This document shows positions 52,047 through 60,990 of a DNA stretch of 64,000 bases, one piece after another. Under the pieces are notes generated by a model, which saw only the letters and a list, made by a program, of their open reading frames with translations, was not told the origin of the DNA and did not search any database. Source of the stretch: a virus; the IMG/VR virus record IMGVR_UViG_3300034069_000634, positions 1-64,000 of that record, one strand, 5' to 3'. The position numbers and the translations under genes are program-made. The number at the start of each line of letters is the position of its first letter. The first letter of the stretch is position 1.

Positions 52047-52309
52047 GGATCGAGGACATCCCCGACGCGGTCGAGGCGTTCCTTGACGTCCACTTCCAGC
52101 CGCTGAACCCGTTCTACCCGGCCGACGAGGACGCGGCGATCGTCGCCCGGTCCATGGCGAAGGTGAAGACGGTCGCGGCGCACCGCGGGATGTCCCCGGA
52201 CGCGTTCTCCGATGCCATGGGTCTAATGGAGATGCCCGAGAAGGCCGCGACCATGCGCGAGATCAACACGGTTCGGGTCGACCCGAGGACGGGCGGAGGA
52301 TTGTCGTGA
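52043..52309 (+). CDS. hypothetical protein
   Basis: 88 aa. Confidence 0.45.
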   Translation: MRIEDIPDAVEAFLDVHFQPLNPFYPADEDAAIVARSMAKVKTVAAHRGMSPDAFSDAMGLMEMPEKAATMREINTVRVDPRTGGGLS

Positions 52310-52614
52310 AGCGGTGTAACCGAGATATCAGAGCCGAAGGCTTTGAAGCCCCTGATGCTTGCGCAAAGTGTGTGTCCGGACCGTGCCTCGTTTACGAAGG
52401 TCAACCGAACCCAACGCGCCTACAACCCCCGTCCGGCGGATCCTCCGTCCAACGCCCGTCGCTCTCGCGCGAGGCCGAGATCGATGCTCGTGCTCGTGCC
52501 TTTGATCTGGCGATGAAAATCGCAGCCCAGTCCGACCGCGCCGAAGGGTTCCAGTTCCCGGACCTTGTCGAAATTTCGAACCGGATTTTCCTGTACCTCA
52601 CGAGCGGCAAATGA
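52306..52614 (+). CDS. hypothetical protein
   Basis: 102 aa with a GTG start. Confidence 0.4.
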   Translation: MKRCNRDIRAEGFEAPDACAKCVSGPCLVYEGQPNPTRLQPPSGGSSVQRPSLSREAEIDARARAFDLAMKIAAQSDRAEGFQFPDLVEISNRIFLYLTSGK

Positions 52615-52823
52615 CCCCCGAAGACCTCGACCTCTCCGAGCGGATCATCGAATATCTCCGCGCGCGCCGTGAGCCGGCGTCCCTGAGCGAGATCAAGTTC
52701 GCCGTCACCGCGTCGATGATGCGGACCGCGACCGTCGTCACGAAGCTCGCCACGTCGGGTGACATCATCGGCGAATCGGACTCGCCCCGGGGCCGGACGT
52801 ATTATCGGATCGCGCGGCGATAA
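52611..52823 (+). CDS. hypothetical protein (possible wHTH)
   Basis: 70 aa. Confidence 0.4.
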   Translation: MTPEDLDLSERIIEYLRARREPASLSEIKFAVTASMMRTATVVTKLATSGDIIGESDSPRGRTYYRIARR

Positions 52824-52826
52824 AAG

Positions 52827-52858
52827 AGCTTTTCTTTTTGTTCTGGACGGCGTAAGGG
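52827..52858 (+). promoter_or_regulatory. promoter motif H: AGCTTTTCTTTT-N14-TAAGGG (weaker -10)
   Basis: Located 32 nt upstream of ATG 52890. It is one of only two rightward copies. Confidence 0.35.
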
Positions 52859-52889
52859 TTCAAGCTTCGTCGATCGCGCGGAGGGGATC

Positions 52890-53045
52890 ATGAGGAAATC
52901 TGCTTACGTTCTGATTCCCGTCGATGACGATTACGTGCCATACCTCCGGGCCGGGATATTCTCGGAACCCGGTCCGAAGTTCTGGGCGGATCGCCCGCGT
53001 CCGCGTCCCTCGAAGCGTAAGCCCTGGAAGGAGGCGCGGCGATGA
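52890..53045 (+). CDS. small basic protein (51 aa)
   Basis: A GGAGGGGA SD is present. Below the ORF-track cutoff. Confidence 0.35.
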   Translation: MRKSAYVLIPVDDDYVPYLRAGIFSEPGPKFWADRPRPRPSKRKPWKEARR

Positions 53046-53200
53046 TAGCCCTCATCATCGGGATCCTAGCGCTCTCGTTCCTCGTCCGTCACGGCTTCTT
53101 CGCGTCGATCCTCGCGGTCGTGCTCCTGCCGTTCGTCATGCTGCTCGCGATCCCAGGGTTCATTATCCTCGCCGGGATCTTCGTTGCCCTCGGAGGCTAG
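53042..53200 (+). CDS. small membrane protein (52 aa)
   Basis: Two hydrophobic helices. ATGA-coupled. Confidence 0.35.
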   Translation: MIALIIGILALSFLVRHGFFASILAVVLLPFVMLLAIPGFIILAGIFVALGG

Positions 53201-53203
53201 ACC

Positions 53204-53881
53204 ATGCGCGACTTGTTCGACCCCTCGCCCACGCTCCGTCTCGGTGATGCGAAGGCGAAGCGCCTGCTTGACCAAGGCGAGGACGTTCTCGTCCTGGCCG
53301 GCGTGACTATGTCGACCGAGAACACGATTACGGTTTCTAGATCGAAGGGTGATCCAGGGGCCGAGTTTTCGAACATCGCAGTCGAAAAGCCAGCGAGCCT
53401 CGACCCGGCGTTCGGCGATGCGTTCGGCGCTGCGCTTTCGAAGCCTCGACCCGTTCCGGAAGAGAAGATCTCGGAAGCGGTGATTGACGCTTATATCGAC
53501 GCCGTCGCGCGCTCGTTCGGGATTCCGGATCGTCTTCTGAAAGGCCCTGATTCGTCGGCGATGACCGCGACGCAACGAGCCGAGGTCGATGCGTACTGGC
53601 GCCGTTTCGAGATGCCTCTTGATTCGAAAGGTCCGTCGGTCATCGTCGGCTATGGCCCGGGAGACGTTTCGCCGGAACAAAAGGCCGGTCTCGATGCGGC
53701 ATGGGACGCGCTCGGAATCGGTGATCTCTTCGCCCAGGCGACGAAACTTAAAGCCATGTCGCCTGATCTTCGAGGCGCGAAGCTCGACGACGTCACGATC
53801 ACCGGCATCGCCCGAAAAACCGGCGACGGCGCGGTGCGGTACGAGCCGGCTCCGCCATTGAAGAAGGCCGACCCGAAATGA
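53204..53881 (+). CDS. hypothetical protein
   Basis: 225-aa ORF. Confidence 0.5.
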   Translation: MRDLFDPSPTLRLGDAKAKRLLDQGEDVLVLAGVTMSTENTITVSRSKGDPGAEFSNIAVEKPASLDPAFGDAFGAALSKPRPVPEEKISEAVIDAYIDAVARSFGIPDRLLKGPDSSAMTATQRAEVDAYWRRFEMPLDSKGPSVIVGYGPGDVSPEQKAGLDAAWDALGIGDLFAQATKLKAMSPDLRGAKLDDVTITGIARKTGDGAVRYEPAPPLKKADPK

Positions 53882-54069
53882 TGAAAATCGCCGTCCTCCT
53901 CGCGCTGGCCTTCGCAGGCACCCTGATCATCTTCGGCGTCCGGGCGATGGACGATCCCGCCGAATCTGCGGACGTCGCTGTGGGAGGGTCTATCTTCGTC
54001 CTCGGTGGAGTGGTCGTCGCCGGCCTGACGATCCTCGCCGTCCTCGGCTACTGGTTCATAGAGGCGTGA
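53878..54069 (+). CDS. membrane protein
   Basis: 63 aa, hydrophobic. Confidence 0.45.
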   Translation: MMKIAVLLALAFAGTLIIFGVRAMDDPAESADVAVGGSIFVLGGVVVAGLTILAVLGYWFIEA

Positions 54070-54070
54070 G

Positions 54071-54370
54071 ATGCTTTGGACAGTGAGCTTTTGGGCGTCG
54101 ATTGCTTCAGCCGGGTTCGGCGTTTCCCTGTTTTTCTTCGTTCGACATTGGCTCGCGAAGTGGGACGCGAAGGAGGAACGCCATCGCCTCAAGGAACAGG
54201 CCGAAACGTCTAAGTTTATTGATGCGACGTTGAAGGCCGCTGAGCGAGACACTTACCGCTTTCAGGCTTCTTCGACACTTGCCGCAGTCTTAGAGGAAAT
54301 CGAATTCGCACCACTTCGACGGCTCGATCGCCGCGTCCGTTGGCCTGAGAAGCAGTGGATCCGCTCATGA
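54071..54370 (+). CDS. membrane-anchored protein
   Basis: 99 aa with an N-terminal transmembrane segment. Confidence 0.45.
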   Translation: MLWTVSFWASIASAGFGVSLFFFVRHWLAKWDAKEERHRLKEQAETSKFIDATLKAAERDTYRFQASSTLAAVLEEIEFAPLRRLDRRVRWPEKQWIRS

Positions 54371-54609
54371 CCGACCAACCCTTGACCGTCGTCACGATCG
54401 GCGGCGAGACCCTGACCGGAACTCAGGCAGAACTTCTCTACAAGGCGATCTGCCGCGCGGCCGGCGAACTCGGGCAGCGCGTTGCCGAGAACCGCTACGA
54501 CGAGGAGGCCGTCGAACTCCTCGCCGACGCGTCCCGGATCACGAAGCTCCTGTATTCGGCCGTACCGAAGAAACCGAAGCCCGCGAAGGCATCAAGCGCG
54601 GACGAATAG
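54367..54609 (+). CDS. hypothetical protein
   Basis: 80 aa, ATGA-coupled. Confidence 0.4.
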   Translation: MTDQPLTVVTIGGETLTGTQAELLYKAICRAAGELGQRVAENRYDEEAVELLADASRITKLLYSAVPKKPKPAKASSADE

Positions 54610-54643
54610 CCTTTACGCGCGATTCGTCCTATATCGGTCGGGC

Positions 54644-54772
54644 ATGTTGACCGAACGCGAATTCGACAAAGTCGTTCTCTGGTCCGCGCTCCCGTTCTTC
54701 TTCGGGGCGCTATGGCTGGCGGCCGGCGCGCGTCTCGCCCTCGATCTCGGAGAAATCTACGATGTCCGATGA
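54644..54772 (+). CDS. small membrane protein (42 aa)
   Basis: Hydrophobic. It overlaps the next start. Confidence 0.3.
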   Translation: MLTEREFDKVVLWSALPFFFGALWLAAGARLALDLGEIYDVR

Positions 54773-55043
54773 AGCCCCCGCCATGACCCCGATCCAGGGC
54801 GCCCGTGAAATCGCCAAGACCGTCGGTCAGATACACGCCGAGATGATCGCGCTCCGTCGCGCCGGCCTGCCGCCGAAGTTCCTCGCCGGCCTCGATCGCG
54901 TCGAGATGCTTCTCGCGACCCTGGCTGATCAGAACGCCGCCCTCGGCGAGGCCGTCCGTGCGCCCGAGCCGACGGCCGAGCAGGCCGACGAGCCCGAGAA
55001 GCTCCCGGCCGATGCGTCCGCGATGAATTCGAAGAAGGTCTAA
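54762..55043 (+). CDS. hypothetical protein
   Basis: 93 aa. Confidence 0.45.
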   Translation: MSDEAPAMTPIQGAREIAKTVGQIHAEMIALRRAGLPPKFLAGLDRVEMLLATLADQNAALGEAVRAPEPTAEQADEPEKLPADASAMNSKKV

Positions 55044-55044
55044 C

Positions 55045-55497
55045 ATGCCCGGCGGCGGACCCCTTCGCTATCGCGTGGAATACTGCGATCTCCTCGAAGA
55101 GAAGATGGCGGAGGGATTCTCCATGACCGCGGTAGCCGGCCTGATCGGCGTCGCGAAGAACACCCTGTGCTACTGGGTGAACCATTACCCGGAGTTCAAG
55201 GAGGCGGTCGAGCGTGCCAAGTCGAAGCGCCTCCTCCACTGGGAGAAGATCGCGCTCGATATCGCCAAGAACGGCGGTCCGGGCTCGCGCGCGACGATGA
55301 CCACGTTCGGCCTCCGGAACGTCGGCATGGGCGAATGGAGCGACCTCCAGCGCCAGGAGATCTCCGGCCCCGACGGCGGTCCGATCAAGACCGAGACGAC
55401 GAGCGCGCGAGAGCTTCTCGCGGCACGGCTCGCTCGATTAGCACCTTCTTCAGAGTCTGGAGAAAACGAATCCGATTCTGAAGAAGATAACAAATGA
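55045..55497 (+). CDS. terS: terminase small subunit
   Basis: HTH (MTAVAGLIGVAKNTLCYWV..YPEFKEAVERAK). Its position upstream of TerL supports the call. Confidence 0.7.
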   Translation: MPGGGPLRYRVEYCDLLEEKMAEGFSMTAVAGLIGVAKNTLCYWVNHYPEFKEAVERAKSKRLLHWEKIALDIAKNGGPGSRATMTTFGLRNVGMGEWSDLQRQEISGPDGGPIKTETTSARELLAARLARLAPSSESGENESDSEEDNK

Positions 55498-56072
55498 CTT
55501 GTTTAATCGAAGGCTGTGAGAACAAGACTATCGCTCGTGGCCTTTGCTCTTCTCATTATCAAAGATTAAGAAAATACGGGTCCCCATTCGGGGGTCGTCC
55601 GACGTTTGTCGGAGAAATAAAGGAATATTTATATAATTTTGTTCTCCCGTACGAAGGAGAAGACTGCATCATTTGGCCCTATTCAATTCATAGAGGCCGA
55701 GCATATATGACTTTAAAAGGTAGATCCAATATAGCGGCCAGAATTATTTGTGAAGAGACTCAAGGATTTCCCCAAGATTCAAATTTAGATGCGGCTCATT
55801 CTTGCGGTAATAAAATATGTGTAAACCCAAATCACATTCGTTGGGCAACAAGAAAAGAAAATGAAGCCGATAAGATAATTCACGGTACAAAAAATCAAGG
55901 AGAAACGGTTTGGAATTCTAAACTGAGAAAAGAAGACGTTTTAAAAATATTGCAATTAAAGGGAGAAAAGACCGGAGTTGAAGTAGCTAGGTATTTTGGC
56001 CTTCATCCGACGACGGTTCGGATGATTTGGCGAGGCAAGAGATGGGCGCACTTATCTCAAATCGCTCCTTAG
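55494..56072 (+). CDS. HNH homing endonuclease (AT-rich) between terS and terL
   Basis: AAHSCGNKICVNPNHIRWATRKEN core. The ATGA overlaps the terS stop, and the 3' end overlaps the terL start. Confidence 0.75.
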   Translation: MTCLIEGCENKTIARGLCSSHYQRLRKYGSPFGGRPTFVGEIKEYLYNFVLPYEGEDCIIWPYSIHRGRAYMTLKGRSNIAARIICEETQGFPQDSNLDAAHSCGNKICVNPNHIRWATRKENEADKIIHGTKNQGETVWNSKLRKEDVLKILQLKGEKTGVEVARYFGLHPTTVRMIWRGKRWAHLSQIAP

Positions 56073-58225
56073 CTCAGAACGTCGCGGCGCTGTCGAAGGA
56101 AGATCGCGACCGGATTCTCGCGAAGCTGACGAAGGATCAGTCCGAGGAACTCCTCTATGACTGGAAATTCTGGGCGCGCCCGAATCAGCTGGCGCCGCCC
56201 GGCAACTGGATGACGTGGCTCGCGCTCGCCGGGCGCGGGTACGGCAAGACGGAGGCCGGCGCTCAGTGGGTCCGTGACGAGGTCGCGAAGGAGACTCATA
56301 CGATCGCCCTAGTCGCCGAGACCCAGAAGGATCTTGAAGAGGTCATGGTCCGGCGCCTGATCTCGATCTATCCGCCTGACGAGGCTCCGATCGTTCGATA
56401 CAAGCCCGTCCGCCTCGTGTGGCCGAACGGTTCCGTCGCGTACGGCTATAACGGGACCGAGCCGAATCAGCTTCGCGGTCCGCAGTTTTCGTTGGCCTGG
56501 GTCGACGAATTGGCGAAGTACCGCTACGCCCGAGAACTCTGGGACATGCTCATGTTCACGATGCGGTCGGGGACGAACCCGCGCGTGTTCGTGACGACGA
56601 CCCCTCGCCCGATCCCGGTCCTCCGCGAGATCATTAAGGATCCGACGACGACCGTTACGCACGGATCGACCTTCGACAACGCTGGAAACCTTCCTGCGCA
56701 ATTCCTTGAAAAGCTGAAGGCTCGATACGCCGGGACCCGTCTCGGCCGCCAGGAACTCAACGCCGAGATCCTTGATGACACCCCCGGCGCGCTCTGGGAC
56801 CGCGACGTGATCGAGAAGGCCAACGCGAAGCGCACGATCCCCGACATGAAGCGGGTCGTCGTTGCGGTCGATCCGTCCGGCACCCGCGGCGAGAACGAGG
56901 ATGACGGCGATGCGATCGGAATCGTCGTTGCGGGCAAGGGCGTGGATGGCCGTGCCTATGTGCTCGCCGACCGGACGTGCAAGCTGTCGCCGAACGGATG
57001 GGCTCGCCGCGCCGTCGACGCGTACCGGGTGTTCCAGGCCGACCGCATCGTCGCCGAGACGAACTACGGCGGCGCGATGGTCGAATCGACGATCCGCACG
57101 GCCGATCCGAAAGTACCCTATACCGAAGTCAAGGCGTCTCGGGGTAAGGTGATCCGCGCCGAACCAGTCGCCGCGCTTTACGAGCAGTGCGTCGCCGCCG
57201 GGACGTTGATCGCTTGCGAGCGTGGACAGATACCGATTGAGGCAGTTCGAGAAGGCGACCGTGTTTGGACGCGGGCGGGCTTAAAGCCCGTCCTTTGGGC
57301 GGGTCAAACCGGCGTGCAAAAAACCATTCAAATCGAAGCCTCTGGGAAAATTCTTAGGCTGACTGAAAATCATCCGGTTCTCACGACGGATGGATGGATC
57401 CATGCTGGACAACTTGCTCATAAAGAGCGTACCGTCTTCGCATGGCGATCAAATGCGAACTTTGTGAAGCGCCCATTAGCGTTCGAAAAGGTCGAACGCT
57501 CTGTCGATCGTGCGGCGCGCTTCGACGATGGCAGAACAACCCTCGACCGGCTAAGAGGGCTTTTGTCGAGTTTGAAGGGCTGCGCTACTATCGACAGCCA
57601 GACGGCTATTGGCGGGCCTCTCGCCATGGCGGGAATGAACTCCTGCATCGAGCCGTCTGGAAATCGCATCATAAAAAGCCGATCCCTGATGGATGGCATG
57701 TCCATCACAGAGACGAAGATCCAGGGAATAACGACCCTGAAAACTTACTTGCGATGCCTCACGGAGAACATTCTCGACACCATCACCCGAATGGCCTCAA
57801 GACCATTGGACGGACAAAGGTCTGCGCCGAATGCGAAAAAGATTTTTTCGCGGTTTGGGGTCGGCAATGGATATGCTCCGACGAGTGTCGACGTGTGCGA
57901 CACGCCCGAGAGGAGCGAGAGCGTCGAGCCCGTGTTCAACCTTCATGTTGCGGATCAGCATGAGTATGTCGCAAACGGCATTCTCGTGCATAACTGTCGC
58001 GTGAGCCACGTTCAGCCGTTCGACGAGCTTGAGGACGAGATGTGCCAGATGACGCGCGACGGGTTCACTGGTGAAGGATCGCCGAACCGCGTCGACGCGC
58101 TCGTCTGGGCGCTCACCGAACTCATGCTCGATGAGCAGAAGCGCGAGATCAGGTTTACCCCTGAGGCGATCCAGCGCCTCGCGCCGTCGAAGCCGAACCG
58201 CTTCGCGATAGGACGCCGCCGATGA
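56027..58225 (+). CDS. terL: terminase large subunit interrupted by an intein (exteins 56027..57187 + 57995..58225)
   Basis: LAGRGYGKTEAGAQWV Walker A, and AWVDELAK. The C-terminal ALYEQ|..|CRVSH is split by the intein. The start is ATG 56027 or 56042. Confidence 0.85.
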   Translation: MARQEMGALISNRSLAQNVAALSKEDRDRILAKLTKDQSEELLYDWKFWARPNQLAPPGNWMTWLALAGRGYGKTEAGAQWVRDEVAKETHTIALVAETQKDLEEVMVRRLISIYPPDEAPIVRYKPVRLVWPNGSVAYGYNGTEPNQLRGPQFSLAWVDELAKYRYARELWDMLMFTMRSGTNPRVFVTTTPRPIPVLREIIKDPTTTVTHGSTFDNAGNLPAQFLEKLKARYAGTRLGRQELNAEILDDTPGALWDRDVIEKANAKRTIPDMKRVVVAVDPSGTRGENEDDGDAIGIVVAGKGVDGRAYVLADRTCKLSPNGWARRAVDAYRVFQADRIVAETNYGGAMVESTIRTADPKVPYTEVKASRGKVIRAEPVAALYEQCVAAGTLIACERGQIPIEAVREGDRVWTRAGLKPVLWAGQTGVQKTIQIEASGKILRLTENHPVLTTDGWIHAGQLAHKERTVFAWRSNANFVKRPLAFEKVERSVDRAARFDDGRTTLDRLRGLLSSLKGCATIDSQTAIGGPLAMAGMNSCIEPSGNRIIKSRSLMDGMSITETKIQGITTLKTYLRCLTENILDTITRMASRPLDGQRSAPNAKKIFSRFGVGNGYAPTSVDVCDTPERSESVEPVFNLHVADQHEYVANGILVHNCRVSHVQPFDELEDEMCQMTRDGFTGEGSPNRVDALVWALTELMLDEQKREIRFTPEAIQRLAPSKPNRFAIGRRR
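57188..57994 (+). mobile_element. Hint-type intein (269 codons) in terL
   Basis: Cys1 (CVAAGTLIA), block B (LTENHPVLT), and a C-terminal GILVHN followed by Cys+1. Confidence 0.8.
57442..57963 (+). CDS. HNH endonuclease encoded in the -1 frame inside the intein
   Basis: 173 aa with two CxxC zinc ribbons and an HVHHRDEDPGNNDPENLLAMPHGEH core. The frame differs from terL. Confidence 0.7.
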   Translation: MAIKCELCEAPISVRKGRTLCRSCGALRRWQNNPRPAKRAFVEFEGLRYYRQPDGYWRASRHGGNELLHRAVWKSHHKKPIPDGWHVHHRDEDPGNNDPENLLAMPHGEHSRHHHPNGLKTIGRTKVCAECEKDFFAVWGRQWICSDECRRVRHAREERERRARVQPSCCGSA

Positions 58226-59856
58226 CGACATCCCGAGAGCGCCGGGTCCGTGCGGCCGAGATCCGTCGCGAGGCGGAAGAGGCCGGGACTGTGCAGCCGC
58301 CGCGCGTTGTGCCGAAGACCGGCGTCCTTCGTCAGGCTTGGAACTCGGTCGCGGTCTGGGCACGCGGCGAGCCGAAGAAGCCGGCCGAATCGCGCACGAA
58401 GTTCGTCGTCCCGCCGCAGCCGCCCGGCGTCGTTCCAGAGAGCGCCGGAATCGCCCAGGACGCGGTGATCGAGACCGCGCTCGATTGGGCCGAGGAGACG
58501 TACGGCGAGGATCTGGAGTTCGAGGCGTTCATCGGCTTCCCGGCGCTTGCCGAACTCGCCCAGCGGCCCGAGTATCGCCGCATGGCGGAGGTGTTCGCTC
58601 AGGAGGCGACACGCAACTGGATCAAGCTGACGTCGACCGGGAAGGAAGATGTCAAGGACAAGATCCAGGCGATCGAGGACGCATTGAAGAAGCACATGAT
58701 CCGGCAGCAGTTCCGGGTCATTTCCGAGAAGGATTCGTACTTCGGTCGGATCCACCTCTATATCGACCTCGGAGACGATGACGATGTCGAGGAGTTGAAG
58801 ACCCCGATCGGAAACGGCCGCGACTCGGCGTCGAAGCTCAAGATCAAGAAGGGAACGCTCCAGGGCTTCCGGATCATTGAGCCGGTGTGGACCTATCCGC
58901 GCGGCGGCGACTACAACACGACGAACCCGCTCGCCCCGAACTGGTATCGCCCACAATCCTGGCTCGTCATGGGGCGTCAGGTCCATGCGTCCCGGCTCCT
59001 GACCTTTGTCGGCCGACCGGTCCCGGACCTGTTCAAGCCGCTTTATGCGTTCGGCGGTTTGTCGCTGACGCAGATGGTCAAGCCGTACGTCGACAACTGG
59101 ATTCGAACCCGGAAATCGGTGTCCGACCTGATCAAGTCGTTCTCGGTTTCAGGCTTCACGACCGATCTGACCGACGCGCTCACCGAAGAAGGCGGTGCGC
59201 TCCTGGCCGCGCGCGTCGATGCGTTCGTCGCGTTGCGCGACAACCGCAATTGCATGGTTCTCGACAAGGGCGGCGGCGAGACCCCGAAGGAGGAGTTCTT
59301 CAACGTCTCGACCCCGCTCTCCGGCCTCGCCGAGCTTCAGGATCAGTCTCAGGGTCAGATGGCCTCGATCTGTGGCATCCCGCTCGTGAAGCTCCTTGGC
59401 GTGACGCCCTCCGGCCTGAACGCGTCTTCTGACGGTGAGGTCCGGACCTTCTACGATACGATCCTGGCTTATCAGGAACGGTTCTTCCGACCCCATCTGG
59501 AGACCGTGATCGGCGTGATTCAGATGGATCTATTCGGCGAGGTTGATCCGAACATCGTCTTCAACTTCGAGCCGCTCTGGACCCCGTCCGAGAAGGAGGC
59601 GGCCGAGATTCGGGAGATCAATGCCCGGACAGCGAAGGAATACATCGAGAGCACCGTCATCCTTCCGAGCGAGGAGCGCGGTCGGGTCGCGGCTGATGAT
59701 CAATCGCTGTATCCCGGCCTCGACATGAGCATCGAGATCGCTCCGCCGGCCTCGGAGATCGACGACGCGCGCGAGAACGGCGATCTCCCGCCGCTGCCGG
59801 ATCCCGGGGCGCGGCCCGAAGATGATGAGACCGAAGAGGAGCGCGAGGCCGCGTGA
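58222..59856 (+). CDS. portal protein (DUF1073-like)
   Basis: 544 aa, ATGA-coupled to terL, with an acidic C-terminus. Confidence 0.7.
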   Translation: MTTSRERRVRAAEIRREAEEAGTVQPPRVVPKTGVLRQAWNSVAVWARGEPKKPAESRTKFVVPPQPPGVVPESAGIAQDAVIETALDWAEETYGEDLEFEAFIGFPALAELAQRPEYRRMAEVFAQEATRNWIKLTSTGKEDVKDKIQAIEDALKKHMIRQQFRVISEKDSYFGRIHLYIDLGDDDDVEELKTPIGNGRDSASKLKIKKGTLQGFRIIEPVWTYPRGGDYNTTNPLAPNWYRPQSWLVMGRQVHASRLLTFVGRPVPDLFKPLYAFGGLSLTQMVKPYVDNWIRTRKSVSDLIKSFSVSGFTTDLTDALTEEGGALLAARVDAFVALRDNRNCMVLDKGGGETPKEEFFNVSTPLSGLAELQDQSQGQMASICGIPLVKLLGVTPSGLNASSDGEVRTFYDTILAYQERFFRPHLETVIGVIQMDLFGEVDPNIVFNFEPLWTPSEKEAAEIREINARTAKEYIESTVILPSEERGRVAADDQSLYPGLDMSIEIAPPASEIDDARENGDLPPLPDPGARPEDDETEEEREAA

Positions 59857-60089
59857 GCAAGAAGTGGAAGCCGATTGCGTCCGCTCCGAAGGATCCGACC
59901 GTTTACATCGACCTTTGGATCGTTGGACCGAGATCCTCAGAAGGGTATCGACAGGCCGATTGCCATTGGTCCTTGCACGACAATCGATTTGTCACGGAAT
60001 ACGGCCACATGGGCGATATTCCCGCCGGATTGATGATCGGAGACGAGCCGACACATTGGATGCCGATTCCTAGCGGTCCTGATCAATGA
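59853..60089 (+). CDS. DUF551-like protein
   Basis: WKPIASAPKD...THWMPIPSGP pattern. Confidence 0.5.
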   Translation: MSKKWKPIASAPKDPTVYIDLWIVGPRSSEGYRQADCHWSLHDNRFVTEYGHMGDIPAGLMIGDEPTHWMPIPSGPDQ

Positions 60090-60904
60090 CGTACCACGAT
60101 CCGAAGGCCGTCTACGCCCGAGCCCGCGCCAAGCGCGCTCCGCGGCCTCGAATCGCCCAGGATCGCGGGACGCTCTCGCCCCGTTCGGCGCTGAAGCGCG
60201 CGAAGCGGCTCGAAACGCAGTACGCACAGCGGCTCCGCGGTATCGCGCGCACGATCGGCCACATCGTCGCCGGTTACGACCTCTCGAACCTCGCGACCGC
60301 ATCCCCGGCGATCGTCTCGGCGCTCCGTCGCTACGCCGATGTCCTCCGGCCATGGGCGCGCGTCGTCGGGCAACGGATGATCGCCGAGGTCGGCGTCGCC
60401 GACCGGACCGGCTGGCGCAAGATCGCCGCCGAGATCGGTCGCCCGCTCGCGCGGGAGATCGCCGATGCCCCGACCGGCCGCGCGACCCAGGAAGCGCTCG
60501 AACGACAGGTGACGCTCATCACCTCCATCCCGACCGACGCGGCCGAGCGCGTCCACAAGCTCACGATCGACGGCCTCGCCAAGGGCAAGCGCGCCGATGA
60601 GATCGCCGCGGAGATCATGAAGACCTCGGACGTCTCGAAGGCGCGGGCGAATTTAATTGCCTCCACAGAAATTAGTCGAACGGCAACTGAATTTACAAAA
60701 GCTCGTGCTTTGCACATTGGTTCTACTCAATACATCTGGAGAACTTCTAATGACAGTGACGTTCGACCTGACCACAAAGTTCTTAACGGCAAAGTATTCG
60801 ACTGGAGTGATCCTCCAATTGCTGATAGAAGAACAGGAGCAAGGGCTCATCCGGGATGTATCTACCGATGCAGATGTTATCCAGAGCCAATAATTGTTGA
60901 ATAG
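60086..60904 (+). CDS. head morphogenesis protein (Mu F / SPP1 gp7-like)
   Basis: WRTSNDSDVRPDHKVLNGKVF..HPGCIYRCRCYP. The last ~250 nt are AT-richer. Confidence 0.75.
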   Translation: MTYHDPKAVYARARAKRAPRPRIAQDRGTLSPRSALKRAKRLETQYAQRLRGIARTIGHIVAGYDLSNLATASPAIVSALRRYADVLRPWARVVGQRMIAEVGVADRTGWRKIAAEIGRPLAREIADAPTGRATQEALERQVTLITSIPTDAAERVHKLTIDGLAKGKRADEIAAEIMKTSDVSKARANLIASTEISRTATEFTKARALHIGSTQYIWRTSNDSDVRPDHKVLNGKVFDWSDPPIADRRTGARAHPGCIYRCRCYPEPIIVE

Positions 60905-60990
60905 GATAGAAGCAAGACTATAAATAACAGGCCGACAAAGTGCGTCAACACCGTGCCGGCCCTAACCAAGCGAACAGGGTGAATGTTCAA

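Noticed and set aside
57442-57963. The out-of-frame HNH inside the intein, considered as a simple sequencing frameshift of an in-frame endonuclease domain.
   Set aside because: It would need two compensating indels. The terL frame also remains stop-free for ~150 codons in AT-richer DNA, which argues for real selection on both frames. The idea is still listed as the main refutation test.
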